A DNA stretch of 64,000 nt from Macrostomum lignano (taxonomy: Eukaryota), in assembly GCA_002269645.1 (NCBI GenBank), contig NIVC01002499.1, forward strand, positions 1 through 64,000. Reading direction: 5' to 3'. Shown one piece after another: positions 37,901-50,828 of the stretch (the stretch's first letter is position 1; each line of letters begins with the position of its first letter). A program made the translations under genes and the position numbers. The notes beneath the pieces were generated by a model. That model searched no databases, was not told the origin of the DNA, and was given only the letters and a program-made list of their open reading frames with translations.

Positions 37901-38209
37901 CTGCAGCGCCCGTCCATCATCCTGCGCCGGCGGCGACTTCAAATGAAGGGCCACGTGATCCGGACCGAGGGCTACTGCCCCCAACAGCTGTTCAGGACGT
38001 CCTGCTGCTCACGTTGCAGGGTCCGTTCAGGCGGGGTCAGGCCCGAACCCGTCGATACGTGGACTGCCTGCTGTGCGAAGCTGGGGCGCCCGACACTGCC
38101 AACGGAGCGGACTTTGTTCGCTCCCAGGCTCTTCGGCGCGCCATCTGACGCGCCCTGCTGCCCTAACTGTGACTGTGCGCATGCGGGGTCACGTATTTTG
38201 TTGTTGTTG
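34930..38209 (+). mobile_element. Near full-length, inactivated RTE-clade LINE (APE endonuclease + RT)
   Basis: APE: RLGTMNCRTL, GVG, AYAPT, GDLNA, SDH. RT: IVPIPKK..RGISL, QYGFR, FVDFRKAFDSV, GVLQGDTL, YADD, FTYLG. At least 3 frameshifts; (TTG)n 3' tail. The 5' boundary is approximate. Confidence 0.88.
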
Positions 38210-38614
38210 AACATTGTTTTTCAGCTGATCGAAATACTGGTACATCAGGTTGATTTTTCAGTCGAGATCGAAAGGGTTAACTTAACTACTCTACTCTTTA
38301 CACATGATCCTCATTTGTACTCTTCCTCATTTTTCTTAATACTTGCATGCCTTTTTCCTTTATAGTTTCAATCCTCCAGATTAATTCCGACCCATCTCAT
38401 CAGTTTGAAAGTTCAATCCAATTTGAGCACGGAATTGAAGGCAACAACTTGGCTACTCAGAAACATCAGCTCATCAGTTGTGGCTGCTGTACAATGTAGT
38501 AAGAGTAAGCCAACCGATCTTTTAAGCTTAAGTGACTGTTTCTCTGACATTAAATTGACTATAAATTTTTCCATTTGACAACTGAAATACAATTGTAGCT
38601 GCTCATGCAAAAGG

Positions 38615-39664
38615 CAAGGACTTCTAGACTAACAGGACGTAAAACTCAAAGATCGTGCAATTTTTTGGAGGCCACGATTTCCTGGAAAAAATACACTGCG
38701 AAGATAGGAAAAATCAGTTTTTCGTCACAAAATCTGTGATTGTATTTGATCTGGGGCAGTGAAGACTACCATTCTTTTAATTTAACATGCACAATATGTT
38801 ACTCTATTATATTTTCATATAGCTGTGTAGTGAAGTTTTCATTTTCATATTGTTTTCACTTTATTTCATAAGCCCAAAGTTGCAAACTCACAAGTGGCAT
38901 TAGCCAAACTTTTTGTGTTGTTCTTTTTAAAATAAAGTATAAAAACATTGCATGTAGGTACTCTTAGTCTTAAGCTATTATTGTAGGTTTAGTAACTATA
39001 CTAATTCCTAGGCCTACTAGAACTAAACCTATCACTACACTATCTAGCCTAATAAGTAATTAAATTTAGACAATGACTTAGAGATTAGTATATTTAGATT
39101 TTTTTATTATATATAGATTACCAATAAATAGTTTCATATGGTTGGTTACCTAGGCTTGAGAAAGCTGTATTATCAGTTTTTAAGCCAAGCCTATATTTAG
39201 GACTAAGATTTAAGAAGAATAGACTTAATCACAAAAATAGGCCCTAACCATTTTTACTAGGTATCTATAAGAAAAAACATTGATTAGTCCTTTTATAACT
39301 TTTATTTTAAAGGCTAAAAATATTATTATATTACAAATTTGAATAGCTTTTCTTTTCTTGAATTTGATATTTGGCTAATGCCACTTGTGAGTTTGCAACT
39401 TTGGGCTTATGAAATAAAGTGAAAACAATATGAAAATGAAAACTTCACTACACAGCTATATGAAAATATAATAGAGTAACATATTGTGCATGTTAAATTA
39501 AAAGAATGGTAGTCTTCACTGCCCCAGATCAAATACAATCACAGATTTTGTGACGAAAAACTGATTTTTTCCTATCTTCGCAGTGTATTTTTTCCAGGAA
39601 ATCGTGGCCTCCAAAAAATTGCACGATCTTTGAGTTTTACGTCCTGTTAGTCTAGAAGTCCTTG
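38615..39664. mobile_element. Young non-autonomous P-superfamily-like element with ~294-bp near-perfect TIRs
   Basis: TIRs 38615-38908 and 39370-39664 differ by about one base (a 1-nt indel). CAAGG termini fit the CANRG consensus. Perfect 8-bp TSD GCAAAAGG. No ORF. Confidence 0.9.
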
Positions 39665-40574
39665 GCAAAAGGTTAGAAACTTTGTAGAAAACTCAATTGA
39701 GGATTATAATGTGCTTTCGGACTAATAATTACAGTAGTCGAATAGCCGTTGTGGCCCAGACAGGGGGGGGGCATTTTAAAACTGGACGACACATGGACCG
39801 TCGGCAGAGCTGTCTTATTCAATATTCCACGATTCTTCAAAATAAAAACGACTTTAATCTTAAACCTATTTAGCCTACTTAGTTAACGCTTCTTCCTTAG
39901 CATGGGAAATCTGTCAGTGGAGTTTTCTCCTGAAGGAGTGTTTGTTTTAATTGCAAAAAGTTTCAAGGAAAGCTAGTATCCGTTTTAAATGGTCGTATTA
40001 CCGTAATTTTAAAACATGCTACTATGCGCATGTAGAATGTATTGTAGCCAATTAATTGTAGTATGCTCCGCTATATCGTATGGTATGTAAAAAGATGAAT
40101 AAATAAACTGATAGTGATAGTAATTATATAGATAGGTTGAAGAAATAGAAAATTTTATAGTTTTTAAATTAGATTGGTATTGCTAATGCTATACATTGAA
40201 TTTGTTTTATAAAAATCTAGGGGGCCTAAAATATGCAAAAATGGGAAATTATATCTTTAAAATAAAATAATTCCTAAATGAAGGTATGAAATATATTAAG
40301 AGCAATTATTGTTAAAAATTGTTCATTTTTTGTATATTTATAAATTGATTTTAGAGTCCAACTAAGTTCTAAATCTAAGATCTTGATCTTGATTTCAAAA
40401 TTTGAAGACTTGGCCTTTTTTAGGTCATTTAGAGAAATTCTCAAACTTAAAAAAATGTGCTTGGAATTCAAGAACAGTCAAGTTCTTGGTTGAGTTTAAT
40501 GCAGAAAGTATAAAATATTGTGAATCTTTGTCATAATATACCACTCCTTCTGGCTTCTGCCACTTTGCCACACT

Positions 40575-41296
40575 GAATACAATCTACTTTGATAACAGCC
40601 ATTTGGTAACAGCCACTTCAGTAACAAAAAATAACCACTTCGGTAACAGCCATTTCGATAAACAGCCACTTCGGTAACAGCCGTTTCAATAAACAGCCAC
40701 TTCGGTAACAAAGCAGATTTATGACTATCAACACTTTATTTTTATGATAATTAAGTTTAGCAATAACTACTTTAATAATTAACATCTCAAATATCTTTCT
40801 AGTTGAACAAGTATCTATCTGTTAAACTTTCTAGTTGAACTGTATTATAATTTGTTTAAACTTGTGCAATAACTTTGTGAAAAATTTGAAAGCAAAGAAA
40901 ATTGACAAATTGAATTGAGCTTGCATAGGCCTATACACATTGAAATTGAAATTTTAAATAACTAATAAAGAAAAAAGTAGATTCTATAATTCTAAGTCAC
41001 TATTCGCTAGCTAGATCAGAGATTCTAAAATATACGGTATACAATATTTGGTCAATTACAGGATGTCTTGGGTGCATGCCGCATGGTATATGACTCATCC
41101 AGAAATTAAAATACATCAGTTAAAACACTTTTAAACAAGTTAAACACATGCAGGTATGCATGTGTTTTGTCACTCTTTCTTTAAAGTTTGCTTTCATTCT
41201 ATCAGAGCATATCAATTAATACATATTATATATTATTCTCACTTGTTATCAAAGTGGCTACTAATGAAATGGCTATTACCAAAGTAGACTATTACC
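40575..41296. mobile_element. Older MITE with modular ~15-bp TIR repeats (AGCCACTTCGGTAAC)
   Basis: Tandem modules at 40590-40712 and decayed complementary modules at 41250-41296. Flanks GCCACACT / ACCATACC match 5/8. Confidence 0.45.
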
Positions 41297-42059
41297 ACCA
41301 TACCATGTTCCACCTCTTGCTACCTCCCGCCACTTTGTCTTACCACATTGCACCTCTTGCCACTTTGCCATATCATACTGTACCTTTTACTATCTCTTGC
41401 TGCTTCGCCACCTTGTGCTAGACACTATTCGCCAAAATGCCTATACATTGCAATTAGGATTTTATATTAATCAATAGGGATTATATATTAAGGGATTATA
41501 TATTAATCAATATTATAATGAGGTAGGCCTATATCCCCTAGTGCCAAGTTTGTTGCAGCACTGTTGTAGGAACATTGATGACAACAACTAGAAGATGTTG
41601 ATGAAATGTTTCATTTGTTGCGCTCAGGAATATTGCAGGAATGTTGACATGCAACATTGCGAAATCAACCAGATAGTAGCATTTGTGCAACCTTTGTAGC
41701 ATGGGGTATATATACTCTATTTATTTAGTAATGTTCATTGCTATAGCCATTTGGTGCAACCCGGTAATAAAAAAGTAAAAATTTTATAAAAACCATATCA
41801 ATGTGAATATATTCCAATAATAATTATATTTGACTATGCAAAAGACATATAGAAGATATACAAATGACAAATAGGATACTTTAATGCAAAGATGTTTTTG
41901 TGAAATAAATGTCCTAATGTTATTCAATTAAATGTGAAGTAAACTACTTTAATTCAGATTAAATGTAAAAGAAAAGTTCATTATTGATAAAATCATTACT
42001 GTTTTAGAATATTGGCTTGTAGAAACTTTAAATCAAAGAGAATATAGAGAAATAGTACT

Positions 42060-42649
42060 ATCAGTAATGATGGCCATATCTTCATCAGCTGCCAGATCAT
42101 CTAGAAAGAACTGTTCCTGTCAAGCAAAGCAGCCCCCATCTTCCTCATCATTGGCCTCTTTTTCCTTGTTGTCAATCTCTTCTTTGTCAGGCTCATCTTC
42201 CTTGTCCATCTCTTTGTCATTGTCATTGTCAACTTCTCCACAAAAGGCACAATGCTGGGCCACCAAGATCATTTTCTTCTGGCGGCATTCTCAAGTCACC
42301 ACCTGGTGGAGGTGAGCAGAAATGGCCAACTTGATGGCGTCACTTTTAGCATCTTTGTGGCAGCTCCACCCAACATCTGTGAAAATTCAAAGAAAATCTG
42401 CAAAATAGATTAATCTTGAAAGGCTATGAAAACAATAGAAAAAGACAAGCCTACAACCAATTGCCAAAAAGTTGCCTACAACCAATATTGCTTACTTTTG
42501 ATGAATGGTAACAGTCCTGTAGACTCAAAGCTGTGCTTTGATGCTCCACTCTGGATAGCTCCACGCAGACTGAATTTTTGTGCCACAGTATTGTCCATAA
42601 GACAATAAAGAATGTTGGACACGGACTTTTGTACTTGTTTACCACAAAG
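42060..42649 (-). pseudogene. Spliced relic of a DUF4806/BEN-like domain gene with an acidic tail
   Basis: Exon 42649-42496 LCGKQVQKSVSNILYCLMDNTVAQKFSLRGAIQSGASKHSFESTGLLPFIK splices in frame to 42376: NVGWSCHKDAKSDAIKLAISAHLHQVVT*ECRQKK. TGA stops at 42293 and 42122. Family call is from remembered motif pattern. Confidence 0.5.
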
Positions 42650-43062
42650 CTGTCAAAAAAACTGAAACTGAAAGAAGAAAATTAGTAAACATGAATAAAT
42701 TATTGGATATATGACATTCTGTACAGACAATTGCTGTTATAATTTCAATATTTAGGGCCATTTATAATGAAAATTATAATAATTAATAAATTATATAAAA
42801 AGTTTAGCAAAGTTACATTTCTGAATATGTAGTCTGTAATTGAATATGTAAAATCAACTGTATAGCCATTGAATTGCCTCAAGTCAGATTTTTGCATGCA
42901 CTGTCTCTTTAAAATTCCAAATAAATGACAACAGACTAGCTAAGTTAAATATTTCATATTTTCATACTTCATATCACAAGTTAAAGCCAGTATATAATTT
43001 TTGCTTGCAATGAGCTCACAATGGTCAAGTCTAAGGACTTTGGTCTGTATTTCAGCCAACAA

Positions 43063-46000
43063 ATGGCGGACATCAACCATGCCAGAGTGCAGCTAACTCA
43101 TCACGTGAGCAGCCTCTTCTCACAAATGTAAGTTCGCTATCAGTGCTGGCTGCTCTATTTTAGATCAAGTAGTACCTGATGCAACCCCCGTGCTTGCATT
43201 GCAGACTGGGCGCGGACAAGCCCAGCGTGGAACTGGACACCTACATTGACCTGCTGGAGCGCTCCGTCCGCCCCAACACGCAATCGCTGTTGGTGAGTCT
43301 TAGAGAGTTCTGAATTTGATGAGGTCTCGAGTTCGAATCCTGACAACCAGGAAATCTTCCAGGCCGACGCTCACCGGGCCAAGCGGATCATCAGCGACAA
43401 CAACCCGCATGCCGAGGAGTTCAACCGCAAATATGAGGAGCTTAAGATTAAAAAGTAAGCTGGTGCTGCTCTGCTGGTGCCTGCTCGCCCAGATCGTTAG
43501 ACTGGACTACCACCCTCCCAGATCCTCAGCTGCTGGGGCCACCGCCATCCCTCCCAGAGTCCCAGATCCTCAGCTGCTGGGGCCACCGCCATCCCTCCCA
43601 GAGTCCCAGATCCTCAGCTGCTGGGGCCACCGCCATCCCTCCCAGAGTCCCAGATCCTCAGCTGCTGGGGCCACCGCCATCTCTCCCAGAGTCCCAGATC
43701 CTCAGTTGCTGGGGCCACCGCCATCCCTCCCAGAGTCCCAGATCCTCAGTTGCTGGGGCCACCGCCATCCCTCCCAGAGTCCCAGATCCTCAGTTGCTGG
43801 GGCCACCGCCATCCCTCCCAGAGTCCCAGATCCTCAGTTGTTGGGGCCACCGCCATCCCTGCCAGAGTCCCAGATCCTCAGTTGTTGGGGCCACCGCCAT
43901 TCCTGCCAGTGTCCCAGATCCTCAGTTGTTGGGGCCACCGCCATCCCTCCCAGAGTCCCAGATCCTCAGTTGTTGGGGCCACCGCCATCCCTGCCAGAGT
44001 CCCAGATCCTCAGTTGTTGGGGCCACCGCCATCCCTGCCAGAGTCCCAGATTCTCAGTTGTTGGGGCCACCGCCATCCCTACCAGAGTCCCAGATCCTCA
44101 GTTGCTGGGGCCACCGCCATCCCTCCAGAGTCCCAGATCCTCAGTTGCTGGGGCCACCGCCATCCCTCCAGAGTCCCAGATCCTCAGTTGCTGACGATAA
44201 TCTGTACACCCTGTTCGAGTGCATATGTGCGTACGCATCCTTGTGCGTGTTTAGGAATCAGTGAAATGGGCAAGGACTGCTTGCTTCTACGAGTGCCCAA
44301 AGCCTCCCCATACCAGTTACTCCCAGACCCTCAGTCGGGGTCTCCTGCTATCAGAGTCCCAAGATTGTGAAACTAGCCACGGCAGTCCAAGAGTCGGGTT
44401 GAAGCGCGATTGCCCGTACGGTCAGTTGCACCTTGCCGACTCTCTTGTTTCTGCAAGCTGCGCCTCCCGCTCCCCGCCTCCCCAGCGTGAAGGAGCTGGA
44501 CCCGTTCGTAGATTTGCTGTCCCGCATCAAGCGCGACCCGGCCACTCAGCGCACTTTGGAGGCCATCGCCGGTCCCGTTCAGCTGCCGACTTCCGCTGGC
44601 AGCGCCGCCGCGCAGCCAAGGCGCCCCCAGACAGCCGTCGGCGCGCCAGCCGGCTCCACATCCCGGCTGAACGTGGCGGCGCTGTCCTCCCACATGAACG
44701 CCGAAGCGCGTCAGCGGCCGACGGACTCTTCGCTGCCTTCGTCAGTGGCCGGCCCGTTGCGCCAGAAGACGCCGGCCTCGGAGCCCGCCGAAGTGCCGTG
44801 GCAGCCGGACTGGCTCTACGAGCGGCCGTTCTTGTCCAGCGACTTTGTCCTGGACGATCCGCCGCGCCGCCTGACTCCCAGCATCGGGGTCTACCCGGTC
44901 GAGGCGCAGGAGCAGCTGATCATTCAGGACGTGCTCTCCCTGCTTAGCGGAGTTGAGGTAGCTGGGCTGGTCTGAGCCATGGAGTTCCAAGCCTAGGGTC
45001 TGGAGGGGGACTGCTGTCCAAGCAGCCATGGAGTTCTAGGCCTAAGGTCTGGAGGGGAACTGCTGTCCAAGCAGCCATGGAGTTCCAAGCCTAGGGTCTG
45101 GAGGGGAACTGCTGTCCAAGCAGCCATGGAGTTCTAGGCCTAGGGTCTGGAGGGGGACTGCTGTCCAAGCAGCCATGGAGTTCTAGGCCTAGGGTCTGGA
45201 GGGGACTGCTGTCCAAGCAGCCATAAAGTTCTAGGCCTAGGGTCTGGAGGGGAACTGCTGTCCAAGCAGCCATGAAGTTCTAGGCCTAGGGTCTGTCCGG
45301 TCTGGAGTAGAACTGCTGTCCAAGCAATCAGAGTTCAATTAACGAAGGCGTGAAAGTCCTGTGTTTCGCGAGCTGCAAGCTGAACGCCGCCACCCCTCCC
45401 CATCCAGGGCTCCTTCGTTGTGCCTCGTCCGCTCGCCTCTCGGGCCGACAGGCGCGGCTTCGATGTCGACAACAGCCTGGACGCCACCCGGCTGGAGATG
45501 CTCGGCCAGCTGCTGCCCGTCTGCAGCCACCGCTCCGATGTGACCCGCTTCGCCGAGGACAAAGCTGCCTATGAGTACGGCATGGTGAACCAGGCCCTCA
45601 GCGGCTCCATCACTGCCCTGCTCAGGTGAGGCTGGTGCGGGTCCGTGTGCCAATTTGGGCTGGAAATGGAAAATTTTTTATGTCTATCGAGTGGCACATT
45701 TTGGGATTTCCATCTAATAGGAGATTTGTGGATTCCATCTCAGGGGAGATTTGGGGATTCTATTTCGGGGGAGATTTGGGGATTCTATCTCAGGGGAGAT
45801 TTGGGGATTCTATTTCGGGGAGATTTGGGGATTCTATCTCAGGGGAGATTTGGAGATTCCATCTCCTGGGAGATTTAGGGATTCTATCTCAGGGGACGAG
45901 AGGAGATTTGGGAATTAAATCTCATGGAAGATTTAGGGATTCTTTCTTAGGGAGGATTTTGGGATTCTATCTTCGGGGAGATTTGGAGATTCTATCTCAA

Positions 46001-48952
46001 GGGAAGAGGGCAGGTTTGGGAATTCAATCTCATGGGAGATTTTGGTATTCCATCTTTGGTGAGATTTAGGGATTCTATCTCAGGGGACGAGGGGAGATTT
46101 TGGATTTCATCTCTGGGGAGATTTGGATTCTATCTCAGGGGAAATTTTGGGGTTCTATCTCAGCCTCTCAGGGTAGATTTAGGGATTCTATCTCAGGGGA
46201 CGAGGGGAGATTTTGGATTTCATCTCTGGGGAGATTTGGATTCTATCTCGGGGAGATTTGGAAATTCTATCTCAGGGGAAATTTTGGGGTTCTATCTCAG
46301 CCTCTCGGGGGAGATTTGGGGATTCTATCTCAGGGGAGATTTGGGGATTCTATCTCGGGGGAGATTTGGGGATTCTATCTCAGCGGAGATTTGGGGGCTC
46401 CATCTCAGGGGAGATTTGGGAATTGCAATGTAAAAAGAGGAGATTCTTAGGGCTTTAATCTTGAGAGCATTCACAGCCTCAGATTGCTAAACAAAGGGCT
46501 CCACTAACCTGTCCATGCCACCTCCCTGCAGGGATCTCGGCGTCCTTGTCTGCCAGCTGGAGCACCAGCAGCGGATCGGGCAGCTGCGGCTGCACCGGCT
46601 GCACTGCTGCCTGCAGGAGCCGGCCCGCGTACTGGAGACCCTGGCCGAGATCGCACACGACGTCAACCAGGGAGAGTGCCTGGGCGGTTCCGTGCTCTCG
46701 CTGCTGCACGACAAAGCCTGCGCCTCGGCCGGCGACCCGAAGCGGCACCGCCTGCTGCTGCACCTGACAAAGGCGGCCAGTCGGCCCTTCTTCGACATGC
46801 TGCAGACCTGGGTCTACCGGGGCCGCGTGCTCGACCCCTACTCCGAGTTCATGGTCACCGAGAACACCGCCACGTCTAAGGAGGTGCTCACCAGAGAGTA
46901 CATCAAGTGCGTGCTCGACTGGATTGTTTTGACTTGCTGAAGCATTAGGTATCATGTGTCAGCATCTTCAGCCGGGCTGCTGGTAGCTGGTGGCTGCTGA
47001 AGACTCGCTCACGCGGTCATCGAATCACACAGCTTATGCACGAAGCCAGTATTTGATGTACAGATTTGTACAGTACGAAACCTGTGTGATCAAGCGAATC
47101 GCGCTGTTCTATGGCTGTGTGAACGAGCCTTGAGACAGGCAGGCATGCAGACTAAGCACTGTCTATCTTATTGTGACTGTCCATCTCGGACAGACAGACA
47201 GACAGACCTGCAAGCACTAAGACAGAAACACGCAGACACTAAGACAGACAGGCAGACACTAAGGCAGACACTAAGGCAGACACTTAGACAGACCAGGCAC
47301 TAAGACAGACAGCGTCCAAGCAGTAGAAATGACAGTAGAATGCATAACATACTGCCTACACAAGTAGCGAGGGCCAATCATTTACGCTAAAACCGAGTAG
47401 TATTTCGCTACCAGTAGTTCGCGTCCTGAACCCAGGCTGGCAAGCAGACACCCCCCGAACACATTCCACAGCGACTACTGGGAGAATCGCTACCAGCTGT
47501 GCAGCCAGCGGGTGCCCAGCTTCCTGTGGCCGATGGCGGAGAAGGTGCTGAGCACGGGAAAATACCTCAACGTGGTGGCGCAGTGCGGCGAGGCGCTGCT
47601 GGACTATCCGGCCGAGGAGCTGGTCTACGCCTACGAGGGCGGGCGCTACGTTGAGCAGCTGGAGAGCGCCCACGCCAAGGCCGCCGCCCTGCTCATGCGG
47701 CTGCTGCGTGAGAAGGGCCTGCGCGACCTTCTGTGCTCGTTGAAGCGGTTCTTCCTGCTGGACCAGAGCGACTTCCTTGTGCACTTCATGGACCTCGCTG
47801 ACTCCGAGATGCGCCGCGAGGCCGGCCGGGTCTCCCTCAACCGGCTGGAGTCGCTGCTGGAGACAGCGGTGCGGACCAGCGCTGCCGGTCCCGATCCCAA
47901 CCGGGACCGCCTGCGGGTGGCGCTGCTGCCCCACGACCTCATCGGCCAGATGCTGGCGCTGGTCAGCCTGCGAGAGGCCGCCCCCGATGCCACCGCCGCT
48001 GCTCGGCTCACCGCCCTTGAAGCCTTCAGCTTGGACATTGAGGTCGACTTCCCGCTCAGCCTCCTCATTAACAGGCGGGCCATCACGCGCTACCAGATGC
48101 TGTTCCGCCACCTCTTCTACTGCCGGCACGTGGAGCGCCTGCTGGGCTCCGTGTGGCTGCAGCAGCACCGCAACCGGGCCAGCGTCACCTCCGCCTACGC
48201 GCTTCGCCAGCAGATGCTCACCTTTGTGCAGCACCTGGAGTACTACATGACATTTGAGGTCATTGAGCCCGCCTGGCACCGGCTGTGGACGCAGCTGGAT
48301 AAGTGAGTCTGCTTCTCTGCTTTGCGGGGCTGCCGTTAGCGTTTAGGCCATTTTCCCTGCCACAGCAGGCACACGCATACCGCATACGGGGTGTGCAGAG
48401 GCCCTGGCTAGGCATGTACAGGCTGGGCTTAGTGGGTTGGCCTTCACAGTCCGATGAGTTCCTACCAGGCCAATTTCCCTATTCTGTCTGCCTTTCTGTC
48501 TGTCTGCCTGTCTGTCTGGATGTCTGTCTGTATGTCTGTCTGCCTGTCTGTCTGCCTGTCTGTCTGTCTGTCTGTCTGTCTGCCTGTCTGTCTGCCTGTC
48601 TGTCTGTCTGTCTGTCTGTCTGTCTGGATGTCTGTCTGTCTGTATGTCTGTCTGCCTGTCTGTCTGCCTGTCTGTCTGTCTGTCTGTCTGTCTGCCTGTC
48701 TGCCTGTCTGCCTATCTGTCTGTCTGCCTGTCTGTCTGCCTGTCTGTATGTCTGCCTGTCTGCCTGTCTGCCTGTCTGTCTGTCTGTCTGCCTGTCTGTC
48801 TGCCTGTCTGTCTGTCTGCCTGTCTGTCTGCCTGTCTGTATGTCTGCCTGTCTGTCTGTCTGTATGTCTGCCTGCCTGTCTGTCTGTCTGCCTGTCTGTC
48901 TGTCTGTATGTCTGCCTGCCTGTCTGTCTGCCTGTCTGTCTGTCTGTCTGTA

Positions 48953-48987
<35 letters not shown>

Positions 48988-49000
48988 ATGTCTGTCTGCC

Positions 49001-49043
<43 letters not shown>

Positions 49044-49713
49044 ATGTCTGCCTGTCTGTCTGCCTGTCTGTATGTCTGTCTGTATGTCTGTCTGTCTGTC
49101 TGTCTGTTTTTTTCTGTATTGCCAGACCTACACAGCTAGCGATCTTTAGGTTCCAGCAGACTCGTGACTCTTGATTATTGATTATTCAGCGGATGAGCAT
49201 CCATCTTAGGCATGCGCTTTCAGTTTCCCCTGGCTCATGTGTCTTGCTTGGATTGGCCTTCATTCCCATCTTTGTCTTGTCCTGTGCCCAGAAATTCAAA
49301 CTGGTGCCCAAACAGCCAAGATTTCTAGGAAAGCAGACGGTCAGGCTCTGATTGAAGCATTTAAATTTATCAACGCTTGCAGGGTGGGCAACCTGGACGA
49401 GCTGATCGAGCGGCACTCGCACATGCTGACCTCCTGCCTGTCGGACTGCATGCTGCAGCAGCCGGACCTGCTCAAGCTGCTGTACAAACTGCTGGCCGTC
49501 TGCGTCACCTTCTGCAACTGCATCGCCAGGCACGGTGGCTCCGCTGAGTCCGCCGACCTCGCCGCCACCGTGGAGACTTTCTCGGCTAACTTCAGCGGCC
49601 TGCTCAAACAGCTGATTGAGGCCATCGCTGAGCACTGCTCGAATCAGCGTCTCAACCTGATGAACCTCATCTACAGGCTGAACTACAACTACTTCTATGT
49701 GGCTGCCAGTTAG
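43063..49713 (+). CDS. TUBGCP2: Gamma-tubulin complex component 2 (GCP2/Spc97), 8 exons
   Basis: Exons 43063-43127, 43205-43292, 43351(or 43363)-43454, 44486-44957, 45408-45625, 46532-46906, 47472-48302, 49383-49713. Conserved stretches YIDLL, KYEELK, LDPFVDLL, QEQLIIQDVL, PFFDMLQTWVYRG..DPYSEFMV, YWENRY..PSFL..KVLSTGKYLNVV, KRFFLLDQSDFLVHFMD, YQMLFRHLFYCRHVER, RLNYNYFY. Confidence 0.93.
43515..44192. repeat. 44-bp intronic minisatellite CAGATCCTCAG(C/T)TG(C/T)TGGGGCCACCGCCATCCCT(C/G)CCAGAGTCC
   Basis: About 15 copies in GCP2 intron 3. Confidence 0.95.
44975..45325. repeat. 48-49-bp intronic minisatellite
   Basis: ccatggagttctaggcctagggtctggaggggactgctgtccaagcag units in GCP2 intron 4. Confidence 0.9.
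45715..46425. repeat. Degenerate ~25-bp intronic minisatellite GGGGAGATTTGGGGATTCTATCTCA
   Basis: Fills GCP2 intron 5. Confidence 0.85.
48485..49108. repeat. Long (TCTG/CCTG/TATG)n microsatellite
   Basis: About 620 bp in GCP2 intron 7; source of the CLSV-repeat spurious ORFs. Confidence 0.97.
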
Positions 49714-50324
49714 GCTGGCCGGAGTTGAACAGTCAGCACATTGTGTAACTTTGCTCTTTTAAAAAGCAACCCATTGTCGCATGGTGCTCTAGTTTGCTCT
49801 GTTAAGTATTCCTAATTTTATATGCTTGTCTCTTATTGACATTTAGTTTAATTTATTAATGATTGACATTCTTAGTGTGTTGCCAAAATTAATAGTTCCA
49901 TATAATGTAATTTGTTTGCTTTGTGATAATAATGAGTAGTCTAAAATATTCTATCATTTCGCTTACAGCTGAACTATTTTTGTACTCTGTTCTGCCGTAA
50001 CTTTATAAAGTACATTGTGTCCGTAATCAGGGCGCGCGATTCGCTTCTCCTATTTTTGCCGGCCAATTCAGTCAGGAAATATTTGCCTTTCTGCTGCTAC
50101 TTGATTTATTCCAATTGGGCAGGCCAGATTAGCCACTCTGTACGCACACACTGTACTTTGCATCTGGGGAGCTGGCCGGTCCGCACAGCCACCCCATGCG
50201 CCCCGGCAGCGTACATTGGCAGGGCTGATTCAGCAAGGACTGTAATCCGTGGAGGGCGATCTAGCAAGTTAATGGACTGGAAAATATTTACTATCTAATC
50301 AGCCTGCCACTGTCTGGCCCCGTC

Positions 50325-50592
50325 TCAAGGACCACTAGGAGCAGAAGATCAAGGACCACTAGGAATAGAAGATCAAGGACCACTAGGAATAGAATATCAA
50401 GGACCTCTAGGAATAGAATATCAAGGACCTCTAGGAATAGAATATCAAGGACCTCTAGGAATAGAAGATCAAGGACCACTAGGAATAGAATATCAAGGAC
50501 CACTAGGAATAGAATATCAAGGACCACTAGGAACAGAATATCAAGGACCACTAGGAATAGAAGATCAAGGACCACTAGGAATAGAAGATCAA
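50325..50592. repeat. 24-bp minisatellite TCAAGGACC(A/T)CTAGGAATAGAA(G/T)A upstream of the helicase gene
   Basis: About 11 copies. Confidence 0.9.
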
Positions 50593-50828
50593 TGGCTCTT
50601 ACGAGTAAATGCAGAGCCATATGATTTGTTTTTTAAACGTTTGGAAACTGGCTTTGAAAATTGTATATTCTAGCTTTTAAAAAACGTATTTTTGGTGCTC
50701 AGAAAAGCCTGTCCCCAATAATTTTCTTGGAAATGAAGTTCAGCCCTTGCTACTCCTAATCGCACTCGGTCTTCTACTCCAAATGGTCCTTGAGCTGCTA
50801 CCAGGCAAGCTAGTTTTATAAAGCCCAC

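Noticed and set aside
43324-43348. tRNA-like T-arm/B-box GAGTTCGAATCC
   Set aside because: It lies in a 58-bp intron; no acceptor stem, D-arm or anticodon arm can be built.
48303-49174. CLSV/CLPV-repeat ORFs as a cysteine-rich protein
   Set aside because: (TCTG)n microsatellite inside GCP2 intron 7.
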